From contig OZ365115.1 of the NCBI GenBank assembly GCA_977030845.1, positions 34,658,001 to 34,722,000 on the forward strand: a DNA stretch of 64,000 nucleotides, read 5' to 3'. The stretch comes from Fimbriosthenelais zetlandica. Its lineage: Eukaryota. Positions 62,911-64,000 of this stretch are shown piece after piece. Both the position numbers and the translations under genes were made by a program. Under the pieces are notes generated by a model. The model was given only the letters and a program-made list of their open reading frames with translations. It made no database searches and was not told the origin of the DNA. Numbering within the stretch: position 1 is the first letter of the stretch; each line of letters opens with the position of its first letter.

Positions 62911-64000
62911 AGGGTAGAGTCAAGGTAAAGAGATTAAGATGAAAAAAGCTAGAGAGGGGAAGAGTTGGGGAGCCGAGGAGTTGGAAGGCAAGCAGAAATA
63001 TCAATGGATGACTTATTTCTGCCTTGCTTTTCATTGCAACAACTGCAAAAGTTTCACGGGGTGAAAAGCCAAGGGTATCTGGCATTTAATAGCAACAAGA
63101 GTTACTGCAAGAAAACACCCTAGCAAGGTTAGCGGGATAGATTACGGTGCCATATGGATCTTCTAAGATGTGATGACCTTTCATGACCTTGTGAGTCTGG
63201 AAGAGGGAAACAAAATAACAGTTTGTATAAGGCGGGGCGTAGACTGGCTCTCACTCAGTCTCTCTGCTCCTCTCTACTCTCCTTCTCCTCTTCACAACTA
63301 CTTCACATTATATCGTCAGTATAAATCAATGATCAGAATGATTAAACTAAGTACTTTTACTTGACTCGGGAATGAAAGTTTTGTCAATACTTTTATACTT
63401 CCGAATGGACTCTAGACTGTATTTCTGGACAACTGTTGATTTAAAACGCATAAACATGTGTAGAAATCCTCAATTTAATCCAAATTAAGGGAATAATAGT
63501 TAGAGTGTTGCACAACAATACTTTACTTATGTTTGTGTAATTGTCTCATTATCATATCTTTGAGAAGTCATAACAGTCTGTTGCCGGGGGAAATATTATT
63601 ATTGTTCCATAGAAAAAGCATTTTGGTATGGAGACAAAATGTCCCAAATGTTCTTGAGCACATAGAGCACATTCTAGTCCCCTTCTGCTCTTCTTTGTTG
63701 AAACATTTTGTAAAACTTGAAATCAATTGATCAGACAAGTCATAAAACAGAGCAGTTTGTTTTGTAAAGTGTTGGACCCGCCTAGAGTCAATAGGATAAG
63801 TTAGGACGGGTCTACTAGCTGGAGCCGGAATGTTGGAGGAGGTCTACCTCCCCCCGAGCCATCCTTGAGACTGAAATCTCAACGTTACACTTCACTGATG
63901 GAATCAAAACAAAACACAAAATCCAAGAGCAAGGCTCGCCGCCGGACTTTGATGGTGTTTATTTTATTTGGTTCGCTTTGGTCAATCTTTATTCTAGCAG

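Larger units (their letters stand above)
47494..64000 (+). other. Intron 2 of Prdm3/16 (phase 0; at least 16.5 kb, probably extends to or beyond the window end)
   Basis: GTAAGT donor at 47494. No sequence encoding the expected next PR segment (..IDA....SWLKYIR..-like) was found downstream by eye. Confidence 0.7.

Noticed and set aside
47494-63960. Search for Prdm3/16 exon 3 and zinc-finger exons
   Set aside because: No WLKY/WMRY-like or C2H2 coding sequence was found by eye in any frame; these presumably lie beyond the window.

Overview
Eukaryotic (animal) genomic DNA, almost entirely non-coding. The only protein-coding sequence I can support is the first two coding exons of a + strand Prdm3/16 gene (MECOM/PRDM16 family; hamlet/egl-43 lineage). 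Exon 1 CDS is 3285-3321 (37 nt, MRSKPKARRLAN). Exon 2 is 47207-47493 (287 nt, start of the PR/SET domain). They are separated by a 43,885-bp intron, and I found no exon 3 in the remaining 16.5 kb. The host is probably an invertebrate deuterostome (inference only). The introns hold about 10 copies of a tRNA-derived SINE-like family with an expandable 44-bp minisatellite, small MITE-like elements, purine/pyrimidine and G-rich tracts, and many motif-dense regulatory-looking modules. The most notable unexplained signals are: (i) a ~15-bp motif CCCYATTATCGCYCAC found 13 times in unrelated flanks, whose orientation flips once mid-locus; (ii) a perfect EVI1-type zinc-finger site suggesting autoregulation; (iii) eight perfect nuclear-receptor DR0/DR1 elements; (iv) a Pbx-Hox site next to a 10x TGACAG array; (v) CGAGA repeats phased at 10 bp. 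All motif calls were made by eye and none is functionally shown. The other ORFs in the track look spurious.
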